A DNA stretch of 32,352 bases, from contig JACVGW010000018.1 in assembly GCA_018992565.1 (NCBI GenBank), positions 1-32,352 of the forward strand, given 5' to 3'. This DNA is from Theionarchaea archaeon (GTDB lineage: Archaea; Methanobacteriota_B; Thermococci; Methanofastidiosales; SZ-28-30). Of this stretch, positions 18,672 through 28,525 are shown one piece after another (the stretch's first letter is position 1; every line of letters starts with the position of its first letter). A program made the translations under genes and the position numbers. The notes under the pieces are model-generated. The model did not search any database. It was not told the origin of the DNA and saw only the letters and a program-made list of their open reading frames with translations.

Positions 18672-21260
18672 ATGGGCAAAACTATACTCGTAGTAGAGCC
18701 CAACGAAAAAACTGCAGCAAAAATTGGTAAGACTCTGCATGACCTCGGTTATGCCTGTCTCCTTTCTCCTTCAGGGAAAGATGCTCTTGTTCACGCAAGA
18801 AAAGGTTCATGTGATGCCGCCCTGGTGGACATTGACCTTGCTGGATCTCCAGATGGCAAAAAAATCGGACTTACTCTTCGTACTCAATATGCTATTCCCA
18901 CTGTATTCCTGGCACAGTCCACAGGTCTTTTTTCTGAACCCGTCCTGTTAGCCCCTGTTGAGAAGGTTCATCTGCAATCTGTCATAGAGGGAGCGATACA
19001 TACTTATGGAGGTGAAGGGAAGACTGACGAGAACAGGCAGTGGCTCTTCAATACGCTGACTGCCATGGACTACGCAGTCATCACAACTGACACCACAGGA
19101 ATCGTGACCTCCTTGAATACCATGGCTTCTCATCTCACTGGGTGGCCTTCCAGGAGGGCGGTGGGTTCCCATGTTTCAGACGTCCTTCACCTTGCAGGTA
19201 ACCCTGATATTCAACCCTTGCTTCATCAAGCTCTTTCACAGAATTCCTCCACACGCTACACATCTTTCGAACTCCAGAGGAAAGAAGGCACCTCACTTTA
19301 TCTGGAAATAACTGCAGCTCCTCTCCATCATAATATTTTAGGGATCACAGGGGCAGTGGTAGCATTCAGAGATGTCACTGAAGAACACCACACTACTGAG
19401 GCACTCAGAGAGTCTGAAGCTCGGTATACTTCTCTGTTCGAGCGCAGCCTGGTGGGAGTAATGGTTCATGATTTTGAAGGCAGGCTGCTGGATGCAAACC
19501 AGACAATACTAACTCTCCTGGGATATGCGTGGGATGAAATCCCTTCACTAACCCTTTCCACACTCTTGGATCAAGAATATCTTCTAAAGGCACATAAAAT
19601 CATCAAAGAAATAAAAGAAACAGGATACCAAACCTCCCCCACTGAATTCCAGATGAAAAAGAAGAATGGTGAACAGATATGGGTAGAAGCGGAAGCATTC
19701 CTCCTCTACCGGCACGAAGCTCCTCATGCAATCCAGAGCATCATACGGGACATTACCGAGAGGAAGCGGAGTGAAGCACAGCTTAAAAGCTTATTTGAAG
19801 CCACAAAACGGATTAATTCAACCATGGATATGGAAAAACGTTTTGAATACATTTCAGAATCGATCAAAGACCTGGTGGGCGCTGATCACTTTATCATTTT
19901 CTTTGTGTCCCAGGACAGGAGCCTTATATATCCAGCCTTCAGTTCACCTGATCTGAAGGAGAATGTAGAGGTGATGGCCCTGCTCTACAACCAACAAGTC
20001 CTGAATCAATGTATAGACACCAGAGAGGGTATTCTCTTTCATAGCATGGATGGTCTGCCCTTCGAGGGCGAGGGTGCACTGTCAGAAATCCTGCTCCCCT
20101 TGATTATTGAAGACCAGTGTGTTGGAGCCGCGTACCTGGCACGACATGAGTCTGAGTACACTCAGCATGACTTAGATATTCTCAAGCCCTTAAGCGAAGT
20201 GGTATCTGCTGCCATCTGGAACTCCCGTCTCTATGAAGAAGTGCAGAACTTGAATAGGGACTTGGAAAAGAGAATTGCAGATAGAGCACACAGGACAGAG
20301 ACTATTCTTAATGCTAAACAGGCGTTGCAGCGGGAGACAAGCTGGGAAAGAGGCCTTATCACTATCGTGGACAGTATCTCCAGACTGGGCTTTGATAGAT
20401 GCGGTATTTTCATGGTAGATCCCATCAAGAGGATGCTCAAATTTTACTACGGAACAGGGACTGATGCCTCTCCCAGAGATATGTCTCTCTCCTTGATGAA
20501 TACAGAATACTTCGGGGTACAATGTGTCCAGGAAAAAAGGACAATCTATGTAGAAGATGCATTTGAAGAGCAGGGAAAACAGATTACTTCAGAAGCGGCA
20601 TCCTTTGTCTGGGTTCCTATTATTGTCAGAGACGAAGCTTTTGCAGCAATTGCAGCAGACAATCCCAGAACGCGCAGGACAGTCAGTAAGGAGGACGTAA
20701 AGGATTTGGAATTGTTTGCAGGAATGTGTGCGGCCTTTGTGGACAGGACTCGACTGATGGCAGAACCAGTGGCAGAAGACAGTTTCTCTACAGATCTGAG
20801 ATATAACTTGGAGTCAGGGGAAGGATATGCTGTCCTCGGAAAGAAACCAGACAAGGCATTTGAGATTTTCGTGGACCTGGTTACGCATGAGATACCTGGC
20901 TTTGTCATGTCGCGGACCCATCCTGATAGAATCAGGAAGAAGTACAACCTGGTGAAGACTCCCCTGGTATGGCTGACTCGTTCCCATGTGGAGCAGGGGG
21001 TGGACCCTAACGACTTGTCTAAACTGATCTTTATCATAAGAAACTTCACTCGCAAGAGCCAGCAATCTGTGGTCTTGCTGGATGGACTGGAGTACCTGAT
21101 GACTCAGAATGGGTTTGAGGCTGCATTGAAATTTCTCAGGGACCTCAAAGATACGATTGTGCTGAATAATTCTCGGTTGATCGTTCCCTTGCATGTAGAT
21201 ACGCTCTCTCCAAGGGAACTAGGACTCCTTGAAAGAGAACTGATTTTGATTGGTGGATGA
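18672..21260 (+). CDS. Multidomain signalling protein: degenerate REC, two PAS/PAC, two GAF, DUF835
   Basis: N-terminal ILVVE/LVDIDL; PAC ends FRDVTE and IRDITERK; GAF motifs LPLIIEDQCVG and VPIIVRDEAFAAI; C-terminal LVWLT...VVLLDGLEYLMTQNGF. Confidence 0.85.
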   Translation: MGKTILVVEPNEKTAAKIGKTLHDLGYACLLSPSGKDALVHARKGSCDAALVDIDLAGSPDGKKIGLTLRTQYAIPTVFLAQSTGLFSEPVLLAPVEKVHLQSVIEGAIHTYGGEGKTDENRQWLFNTLTAMDYAVITTDTTGIVTSLNTMASHLTGWPSRRAVGSHVSDVLHLAGNPDIQPLLHQALSQNSSTRYTSFELQRKEGTSLYLEITAAPLHHNILGITGAVVAFRDVTEEHHTTEALRESEARYTSLFERSLVGVMVHDFEGRLLDANQTILTLLGYAWDEIPSLTLSTLLDQEYLLKAHKIIKEIKETGYQTSPTEFQMKKKNGEQIWVEAEAFLLYRHEAPHAIQSIIRDITERKRSEAQLKSLFEATKRINSTMDMEKRFEYISESIKDLVGADHFIIFFVSQDRSLIYPAFSSPDLKENVEVMALLYNQQVLNQCIDTREGILFHSMDGLPFEGEGALSEILLPLIIEDQCVGAAYLARHESEYTQHDLDILKPLSEVVSAAIWNSRLYEEVQNLNRDLEKRIADRAHRTETILNAKQALQRETSWERGLITIVDSISRLGFDRCGIFMVDPIKRMLKFYYGTGTDASPRDMSLSLMNTEYFGVQCVQEKRTIYVEDAFEEQGKQITSEAASFVWVPIIVRDEAFAAIAADNPRTRRTVSKEDVKDLELFAGMCAAFVDRTRLMAEPVAEDSFSTDLRYNLESGEGYAVLGKKPDKAFEIFVDLVTHEIPGFVMSRTHPDRIRKKYNLVKTPLVWLTRSHVEQGVDPNDLSKLIFIIRNFTRKSQQSVVLLDGLEYLMTQNGFEAALKFLRDLKDTIVLNNSRLIVPLHVDTLSPRELGLLERELILIGG

Positions 21261-21316
21261 GGAGAAAGAGGAGCATTCACGGGGGAGGTTGAGCATGGAA
21301 GAGGAGTATTACATTG

Positions 21317-22720
21317 TCACTGAAGTGTCTCGCTCTTTTTCATCTGTGGCTTTCGATGTAGATCAAGAGGAGCAACAAATTCTCCATATCCTTCTTTTTG
21401 AGTAAATGCTCCGTTGTCATAGATGATGGACCCGCGGAGAATGGTAGTCTGGATGGCGCCCGTGAGAGTCCTTCCATTGAATATAGTCAGAGCAGGTTTT
21501 GAGATAATGGACTGGTTAGTAAGGGTATACTGGCTCCGGGGGTTGACGAGAACGAGGTCTGCATCAGAACCCGGAGCTATCACACCCTTCTTGGGGTACA
21601 GGTTGAATCGTTTAGCAGGGTTAGTGGACGTGAGATTTGCGAGCTGGACCAGAGTCAGGCGGCGGTGAGTGTAAGCATCAATGAGCAGTGGGAGCATGGT
21701 CTGGATTCCGGGAGTTCCTGAAGCGCATTGAAAGATATTGTCACTGGACTTCTCGTGATGTGCATACGGGGAGTGATCACTTGCCACCATGTCGATGGTG
21801 CCTGTTCTGAGGGCATTCCAGGCAGCTCTCACGTGGTCGGGAGAGCGTAAGGGCGGGTCAACTTTCGCCCACGGACCGATTTTTTCTCCATCGTTGCTTG
21901 TAAGGAAGAGGTGATGGGGGGTGATTTCGCAGGTTACGTCGACCTCGCGGGCTTTGGCCAATCGAATGAAGGAAAAAGCATTCTTGGAGCTCATGTGCAC
22001 GAGGTTCAGGCTTACGCGAGTATGGCAGGCGAGAATGAGTGCTCTCAAGCATGCTTCGTTTTCCGCTATGGGCGGCCGGGATTCTGTGTGGGCAGAAAAG
22101 TCTTTCCTTCCTTCCGACTGCAATCTGGTGATCTCTCCTTTTATAATAGCATCATTTTCTGCATGGACGCTGGCTACCAGTCCTGTTTTGGCTATTTCTG
22201 AGAAAATCTTGAGCAAAGAGTAATCATTTTCTGCTGCCAGATCTGAAAGCTCGGCCTCTTCTGGGGGGGCTGATGTCATGAAGGTCTTGAAACCGATGCA
22301 TCCTCTTTCAGCCAAGGAGGATATGTGAGGGATACTGGCGCGACCCGCAGCTCCGATAATCCCGAAATCTACCAGAGATCTTTGATTCATAGATTCCAAC
22401 TGCATATCGAAGACCTCGCAGGAAGATTTTCCTTCAATTCCCAGTGGCATCTCCAGAACCGTAGTTATGCCTCCTGCTGCTGCAGCTCTCGTCCCTGTGA
22501 TGTAGTCTTCTCTATATGCGTAATCCAGATCTTCAATGTGGGTGTGGACATCAATACCACCAGGGAGGATAATGGCACCCGTGGCATCTAGTACCTGATC
22601 TGAGGGAAGGAAACTCCCCTTTGTGATAGCTGCAATTCTCCCATTTTCAATAAGAAGGCTGGCTTCAACGAGTCCTGATTCCAGGAAGACTTTACCATTT
22701 CTTATGGCGAGGCTAGTCAT
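21317..22720 (-). CDS. Cyclic amidohydrolase (allantoinase/dihydroorotase family)
   Basis: PGGIDVHTH, AAAAGGITT, GFKTF, HAEN, CEITPHHL, PPLR, SDHSP, GSDADL. Confidence 0.9.
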   Translation of the reverse strand: MTSLAIRNGKVFLESGLVEASLLIENGRIAAITKGSFLPSDQVLDATGAIILPGGIDVHTHIEDLDYAYREDYITGTRAAAAGGITTVLEMPLGIEGKSSCEVFDMQLESMNQRSLVDFGIIGAAGRASIPHISSLAERGCIGFKTFMTSAPPEEAELSDLAAENDYSLLKIFSEIAKTGLVASVHAENDAIIKGEITRLQSEGRKDFSAHTESRPPIAENEACLRALILACHTRVSLNLVHMSSKNAFSFIRLAKAREVDVTCEITPHHLFLTSNDGEKIGPWAKVDPPLRSPDHVRAAWNALRTGTIDMVASDHSPYAHHEKSSDNIFQCASGTPGIQTMLPLLIDAYTHRRLTLVQLANLTSTNPAKRFNLYPKKGVIAPGSDADLVLVNPRSQYTLTNQSIISKPALTIFNGRTLTGAIQTTILRGSIIYDNGAFTQKEGYGEFVAPLDLHRKPQMKKSETLQ

Positions 22721-23104
22721 GGCTTCTCCTCCGGAGATTGTCTGTTGCTCTCTCTTACAGGTGTTCCATTTAAGTTCTCCCCCTGAGCTGGTTCTTGCTG
22801 GGATACGTGCTCAGTTCATCTGGCAACACGAGATGATAGCCCTACATCATGAAGAGCCTGAGGTTTTTTCCAGAAAAGGCCCGTGTGCCTCCCAAAACCA
22901 AAGACTTAAAACTCCCACTTTACATTCACATACACGAAGGTACTGGTACAGAGGATAGAACCTTCCGGAGGAGGTGTGTACCAATTGCCAATGTCTAATC
23001 GTTGTGAAGTGGATGATTGTCGCTGACCCTACGTCTTGCCCAGCCTCCCGGGAAGCCGCCTCAAGTAAAGTGCACCAGTGCCACATTCAAAGGAGGTGAA
23101 GAAA

Positions 23105-24157
23105 GTGAGTGCCTTTATTGAACTGGACGATTTGAGGCCGAAGCACACGGATCTACCGATGCACTGGAATGATTGGTATTTTACCGTGACTTTTTCTCAT
23201 GAAGGGAAAGACTGTTTTTTGGTGATGGCTATCACTGAAGGGACTTTCATGGGAGGAAGCGGCTGCAGCATAGGGTTTTGTCAAGACGCATTTTCCCCTG
23301 TGCAGGAAGGCGATGCTCAGGTTATTGGAGAGCCCACCAATCACATCAGCATCGGAAAACTTCTCTCTCAGAACGCATTTACCTGCACTGAAGAGAATGG
23401 TACTGTAATTGCAGAAATGGATAAGCTCAGAGCTGTCTGTAGAGTAGATGAACAGGAGATCATCTCAGAGAATGAAACGCTCAGTGCCCATCTGACTTTC
23501 AATCCGAGGGGCCCTGTGCTCCGGTGGGGCAACAAGAAAGATGGGCAGTGCCCGGTCACTGAAGGAACTTCTGTTAGCGGTATAGAATCGCTGTCTGACG
23601 TTCACGGAACAATTACAATAGACGGAAAAGAAATAGACATCACGGGGAGAGGTGTGTTTGAACATGTCTGGATCAAGACCTTGGAATTCATGAAGATCAG
23701 GACCATGGATTGGACATACCTGCACTTTGATCAGCTCTACGCGTTCCTGTGTCATTGTGAATCAATCTCAGATGATGGCACACCCTACCACTTTGAGGAC
23801 GGTCTGATCCACATACTTGGTGAAGAAGATTGTTTCGTTACGAGAAGCATCGAATTCATGCCAGAATCCTGGGTGTACATGAAACCATACCGCCGATTCA
23901 TACCCTCACAGCAAAAGGTCACTGTTAAGACAGACAGAGGAGTTCTTGGCATGAGAATAAAGCTGTCGCTGTACCCCAAGATTGCCCAGGCTATGAGAAT
24001 GGAACCTTTGACTATGCACAATACCACAGGCTGGAGTGTCTTGTTCCTGGATGCACCCATCAACATGGAAGGGGAATTCACATATTCGGATGGAAAGTCT
24101 GTAAAATTAACCAGCGGAAAAGGAGTGAATGAGCAGTTGAGAATACTACCTCTGTAA
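23105..24157 (+). CDS. Hypothetical beta-rich protein, possibly AttH/CrtC/tocopherol-cyclase-like
   Basis: GTG at 23105 behind SD AGGAGGTGA; WNDWYF, GTITIDGKEIDITGRGVFEHVW and DWTY patterns. Confidence 0.6.
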   Translation: MSAFIELDDLRPKHTDLPMHWNDWYFTVTFSHEGKDCFLVMAITEGTFMGGSGCSIGFCQDAFSPVQEGDAQVIGEPTNHISIGKLLSQNAFTCTEENGTVIAEMDKLRAVCRVDEQEIISENETLSAHLTFNPRGPVLRWGNKKDGQCPVTEGTSVSGIESLSDVHGTITIDGKEIDITGRGVFEHVWIKTLEFMKIRTMDWTYLHFDQLYAFLCHCESISDDGTPYHFEDGLIHILGEEDCFVTRSIEFMPESWVYMKPYRRFIPSQQKVTVKTDRGVLGMRIKLSLYPKIAQAMRMEPLTMHNTTGWSVLFLDAPINMEGEFTYSDGKSVKLTSGKGVNEQLRILPL

Positions 24158-24294
24158 CCACCATACGAGGTGCTACCAGAAGATAACCCACAGCTTAGTG
24201 CGTGAATGAGACCTACAGAACTCTGTTCGCACTCAGGTAACCTGGGAATCCATGGTGCAGGAGGGGGCAAGAAGATGCTCTTCCTGTGAACGAG

Positions 24295-24930
24295 TTACTT
24301 CTCCTTTTTTGGTTTTTTCGAGACTTCGAAAACGTCAGCTGAATGTCCCATGGCTCTGCATTCGATTTCTCGCACTTCGTGGGGATGTCCTGTAATCCAT
24401 TCTACGAGGGCCTCGATAATGCCGAGAGTAACGCCACACGCGGGCACTGAGGACGTAATCCCTTCACTTTCAATGTTGTCTTTCTGGATGAGTATGAAAC
24501 ACCCTTCTTTCTCCTGGATTTCAACGAAATCTGCGCTGGCATGGGAGGATGCTTCTTTCATGTACTGTGTCAGTCTCTCTAAGGCAATACGCATCTTTGT
24601 GATTTCGGGAACGAGATGAGAGGCAAGCTGCATGGCTCTCGCAATGCCAGGACGTTTCTGAAGACCTCGATGTACATTCTCTCTCCCCACCCTGAGCTGG
24701 AGACTGTGAGTACCTTTGTTCCCGAACATTTCATGAAGGGAGAGATACAACCTGTGTAGGTCTTGAACAGGTATTTCCTTCTCATCATTGTCGGGCGGTA
24801 TCTGATCGATATACTTCTCAAGGTGAGCATAATTGAGAATTGACTTGAGTCCATTTGGTCCTATGATGTTCTCGATAGTCTCCATGAAAACTCTCATGAT
24901 GAGGTTGTCAGCCATCATTTCTTCCGACAC
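24295..24930 (-). CDS. V4R domain protein (paralog 2)
   Basis: PACGVTLG...VREIECRAMG; shares GLKxILNYAHLE, PPD and SLQLxVGR with 12811-13440; SD GAGGTGA. Confidence 0.85.
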   Translation of the reverse strand: MSEEMMADNLIMRVFMETIENIIGPNGLKSILNYAHLEKYIDQIPPDNDEKEIPVQDLHRLYLSLHEMFGNKGTHSLQLRVGRENVHRGLQKRPGIARAMQLASHLVPEITKMRIALERLTQYMKEASSHASADFVEIQEKEGCFILIQKDNIESEGITSSVPACGVTLGIIEALVEWITGHPHEVREIECRAMGHSADVFEVSKKPKKEK

Positions 24931-25548
24931 GGCATCACCTCAGGGGCCTTAATACACTTTCAGATGTCCTTTTCGTATTAAAAAAGGTGCTCGATTCAAC
25001 GGCGTTGGATCTTTCTACCATTCTTTCCACCTCACTTATGCGGAATATTCGCACTTTCCTATAGGAATGCTATTTATCCGCAGAATGAAATAGAGGTCTT
25101 CTCTATAAAAAGCTATCGCTGTCAGATTCTGGAACGCGTCGTAGTCCTCTAGGGTCAGGAGACTCAATTCTTCCTGAAGAAGTCCTCCTTTCAAATACAT
25201 GATTTTGTATTCCAGAATGCAGAGTGGTTTGATTGCCCATAGAGTCCAGAATACACATTATCTGTTCAATCCGCGGTGGATAATTCATGCTGTGCATTTG
25301 GTTAAGCCGACTACCCGGAGTAAATGTTGAAGCTTCGAGAACCTGCATTCTCTGCTCAGACTTCTTTCCACAGCGTAATGGGCAGCTTCTCATAGTCTGG
25401 ATTCCCCCTGAGGTGACGTTCTGAGGACCTCTGTTGCATGCTCAACTGGAAGATAGTGATCTGCAAGCGTTTGTTCTGGGGCGTCGTATCCTGATTCCTC
25501 ATTGTCCCAAGAGGAGTAGTTTTTAAAGGATCAGCGAAAATCCAACTC

Positions 25549-26481
25549 ATGAAATCAATAGGCATCACAGGCGCTGCTGGATACATCGGTTCCAGAGTGT
25601 GTCATGAACTCATGGGGGAGTATGATATTGTCCCTGTTGATAATTTTTTCAAAGGCACAGTCCATGAAATTGCTGGAAAAGAAGTGATTGAGGCAGATAT
25701 TCGTGACAAAACGACACTGGAGAAGAAGCTGGACGTGGATTGCATTGTCCACCTGGCAGCAATTCCCGGAGTTGAGCCGTGTAACGACCTGAAGGAGCTG
25801 TCGTATGATGTCAATGTCAATGGGACCAGAGTTGTGGCAGACATATGCAAGGAACGATCCATCCCGCTAGTCTTCGCCACATCTTTTGGCACTGTGGGCA
25901 ATCCTCAGTACTTCCCTATAAATGAAGAGCATCCTCGAAACCCCATGCACTGGTATGGGCAGACTAAATATCATGGGGAGAGGATTGTGACAGAGGCATC
26001 TCGTGATACGTTTCCATGTTATCTTCTTATGAAGTCAAATGTGTATGGTGTCCATATTGTCAATGGGACTCCCGTGTTCAAACCTACTGTTGTCAATAGG
26101 TTTGTAGAAGCTGTGAGAGAAAATGAACCTTTTAGATTGTACAAACCGGGAAGTCAGGCCAGAAACTTCCTGCATGTGAAGGATGCAGCGACTTCGTATA
26201 GGTTGGCAGTTTCTCACATAATGAAGGCAGGGCCGGGAGCAGAAACCTTCTGTATTGCCACTGCCGAAGCTGTATCCATTGAAAAACTGGCCAGGAAAGT
26301 GCAGGCTATAGCAGAGGACTACGACTTTCACCCTGAAATCGAGATGAGAGATAACCCACGGATGGAAACTCTAGTGGAGGATTTCTCAGTAGATATTTCG
26401 AAAGCTCAAAAGATCCTTGGGTTTTCTCCCACGTACACCATTGAAAAAGCAGTACGGGAAATGCTGGATGCCGATCTCTGA
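25549..26481 (+). CDS. NAD-dependent nucleotide-sugar epimerase/dehydratase
   Basis: TGAAGYIG, HLAA, NVNGT, YGQTK (YxxxK), RNFLHVKD. Confidence 0.92.
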   Translation: MKSIGITGAAGYIGSRVCHELMGEYDIVPVDNFFKGTVHEIAGKEVIEADIRDKTTLEKKLDVDCIVHLAAIPGVEPCNDLKELSYDVNVNGTRVVADICKERSIPLVFATSFGTVGNPQYFPINEEHPRNPMHWYGQTKYHGERIVTEASRDTFPCYLLMKSNVYGVHIVNGTPVFKPTVVNRFVEAVRENEPFRLYKPGSQARNFLHVKDAATSYRLAVSHIMKAGPGAETFCIATAEAVSIEKLARKVQAIAEDYDFHPEIEMRDNPRMETLVEDFSVDISKAQKILGFSPTYTIEKAVREMLDADL

Positions 26482-26854
26482 TGAGGACCATATGTGAGGA
26501 CTTCTGGGGTTTTGAGCACTGTGGAACGCGCTCTATCAGTTAACAAGATTGTGGGAGACGGTAATTAGGAGAACGAGTTGTGGTTACTACCCTCTATCCC
26601 CCTACATATACTGCTGGATGCTCTTGCCTGCGGCGTGAGTAATCTTGAGTGCTGGCTATCTGCAGATGGAAGTCACCCAACCCAGAGGGCCTCTAACGAG
26701 CACTTTTGAGCATACTGGCATGGAAATCTACAGGATTACACCTTCTTCTTTCTATCGCTTGGTTCAGAAGGACATATCGTGAGACTCCTGAACTGAATAA
26801 ATAGGATTGATGCAGGCTGAAATGAAAGAGCAGCAATCTGAGGAATAGTGCCTT

Positions 26855-27976
26855 TCAATCCTCTGCCAGTATCTTCCTGTACGCGGGAAGAAGGCTGTTC
26901 TTGACAATGTGCCCCCACCCGTAGTCAGAAACAGAAGGACGAGCAGCATGAGCAACCTTCTTTCTCAGGCTCTCGTCTTCCATGAGATGAGCCATTGCCT
27001 TGTACACAGACACAGCATCATCTTGAACCAAGTACCCATTTTCTTTATGGGTCACAAACCTCCTGTTTCCCTTGGTGGTTGATGCTATCACAGGAAGCCC
27101 ACAGGCCAGTGCTTCCACGGTTTTCAATGGTGGTTGAGCATCAAATTCAGGTGTGAGAGGAACATAGCTCAAGAATACGTCCCCACACCTTATGTATTCG
27201 GCCACCTTCTCATAGGGGACACTTCCCGTGCATACCACCTGGTTTTCCATCCCTACAGTCTTGGCATGCAGTCTCAATCTCTCGGTACCTCCATCTCCCA
27301 CCACGAGCAGGGTTGCCTTCTGAGATCCCAGGAGTTTCAGTGCGTCCACTAACGTCTCTATCTTTCGTACACGGCCCAAATTACCAGCATACACAAATAA
27401 AAAAGTATTCTCGTCAATACCCAGGTCCTTTCGTGCTGTGGAACTTCCTGGCTTGAAAAGATCGAGATCAGCTCCAATAGGGACAATGGTTATCTCACGT
27501 GGGTCGCGGTATGAGAATTGGGGCACATGACTGGAGTCTCTCAGGATAAGGTGGTCGAATAGCCGGGATTCAAAGGTCTGTATAGCCCATCCTAGTTTCG
27601 AGATGATCCCTCCTTTCACTGGACCTGAGGTAGTAAAAAAAATCCATTTTCTTCCCTTCTTTCGTAGAAAAAGAGGAAAAACGAAGGCCCCAGGAAAATG
27701 GTACACGTGAATGATATCAAATTCGTAATCCGGAATGCTCCTCAAGAACTTGACCGTCTTATAAATAAAGATGAGAGGATACAGAGAAAGATTTGTAACT
27801 GAGGGAGACTCGAACAAAGAAACGTGGACTCCATTCATTTCCTTTTGCTCCTTCTTTCTCCCTGCTGCCACAACCTGGACATTTACTCCCAGCTTCGCCA
27901 GGTTTTGAGAGTGTTCATACAGGGATATGCTTCCAATACCAGGATACCACGAGAATCCTATGTGGCATGTCTTCAT
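26855..27976 (-). CDS. Glycosyltransferase family 4
   Basis: DIIHVY, PIGAD, YAGNLGRVRK, EALACGLPVI, GRRFVTHKENG-type C-terminal GT-B motifs. Confidence 0.92.
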   Translation of the reverse strand: MKTCHIGFSWYPGIGSISLYEHSQNLAKLGVNVQVVAAGRKKEQKEMNGVHVSLFESPSVTNLSLYPLIFIYKTVKFLRSIPDYEFDIIHVYHFPGAFVFPLFLRKKGRKWIFFTTSGPVKGGIISKLGWAIQTFESRLFDHLILRDSSHVPQFSYRDPREITIVPIGADLDLFKPGSSTARKDLGIDENTFLFVYAGNLGRVRKIETLVDALKLLGSQKATLLVVGDGGTERLRLHAKTVGMENQVVCTGSVPYEKVAEYIRCGDVFLSYVPLTPEFDAQPPLKTVEALACGLPVIASTTKGNRRFVTHKENGYLVQDDAVSVYKAMAHLMEDESLRKKVAHAARPSVSDYGWGHIVKNSLLPAYRKILAED

Positions 27977-28081
27977 GGGTCCTGCTTTCTATTGCTATTT
28001 AAAAATATTTGCAGCCTGGCACCCATGTTCTCCAGCACAAGAAGGATAATACTCTTATAACCTCCCACCTGTACCAGTACT

Positions 28082-28525
28082 ATGAGAGACAGGATATTGT
28101 ACATACTGAGAAACCTGGGAATCATCAGAGAGGAAAAATTCTGGGAATTGAGGGGAGTTGTCCTGGGGAAGAACGTACACATCTATAGATCCCTCATTGA
28201 CATTGGACCTCATGGCAAGAGAAGAGACCTTGTAAGAATAGGGGACAATACCACCATTTCTTTCGCTGCTATACTGACTCATGATGCCAGTACTCGGGTG
28301 TTTACTGGGGAGACAAGAACAGGGCCTGTCACTATCGGTGAGAACTGCTTTATTGGATATGGAGGGATTATTCTACCCGGCGTGACTATAGGGGATAACT
28401 GCATTGTAGGAGCAGGGTCTGTGGTCACCAGCGATGTCCCACCTTGTACTGTCGTTGCAGGTGCACCGGCGAGAAAAATCTCCACGCTGGAGGAACTCCT
28501 TGAGAAATGTAAGGTGAAGGACTGA
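28082..28525 (+). CDS. Hexapeptide-repeat acyltransferase
   Basis: VTIGENCFIG...LPGVTIGDNCIVGAGSVVT..VP...VAGAPAR; leaderless ATG after CTTATAA. Confidence 0.9.
   Translation: MRDRILYILRNLGIIREEKFWELRGVVLGKNVHIYRSLIDIGPHGKRRDLVRIGDNTTISFAAILTHDASTRVFTGETRTGPVTIGENCFIGYGGIILPGVTIGDNCIVGAGSVVTSDVPPCTVVAGAPARKISTLEELLEKCKVKD

Noticed and set aside
22985..23068. Selenocysteine read-through of the micro-ORF TGA
   Set aside because: No archaeal SECIS-like element or Sec machinery seen, and the extension is not protein-like
24258..24286. Hairpin CAGGAGGGGGCA/TGCTCTTCCTG between convergent genes
   Set aside because: Relies on G-U pairs and a bulge and has no U-tract; too weak to call
26569..26709. 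Fragment LHILLDALACGV resembling a GT4 motif (possible pseudogene)
   Set aside because: Match too short and flanking residues do not continue the similarity
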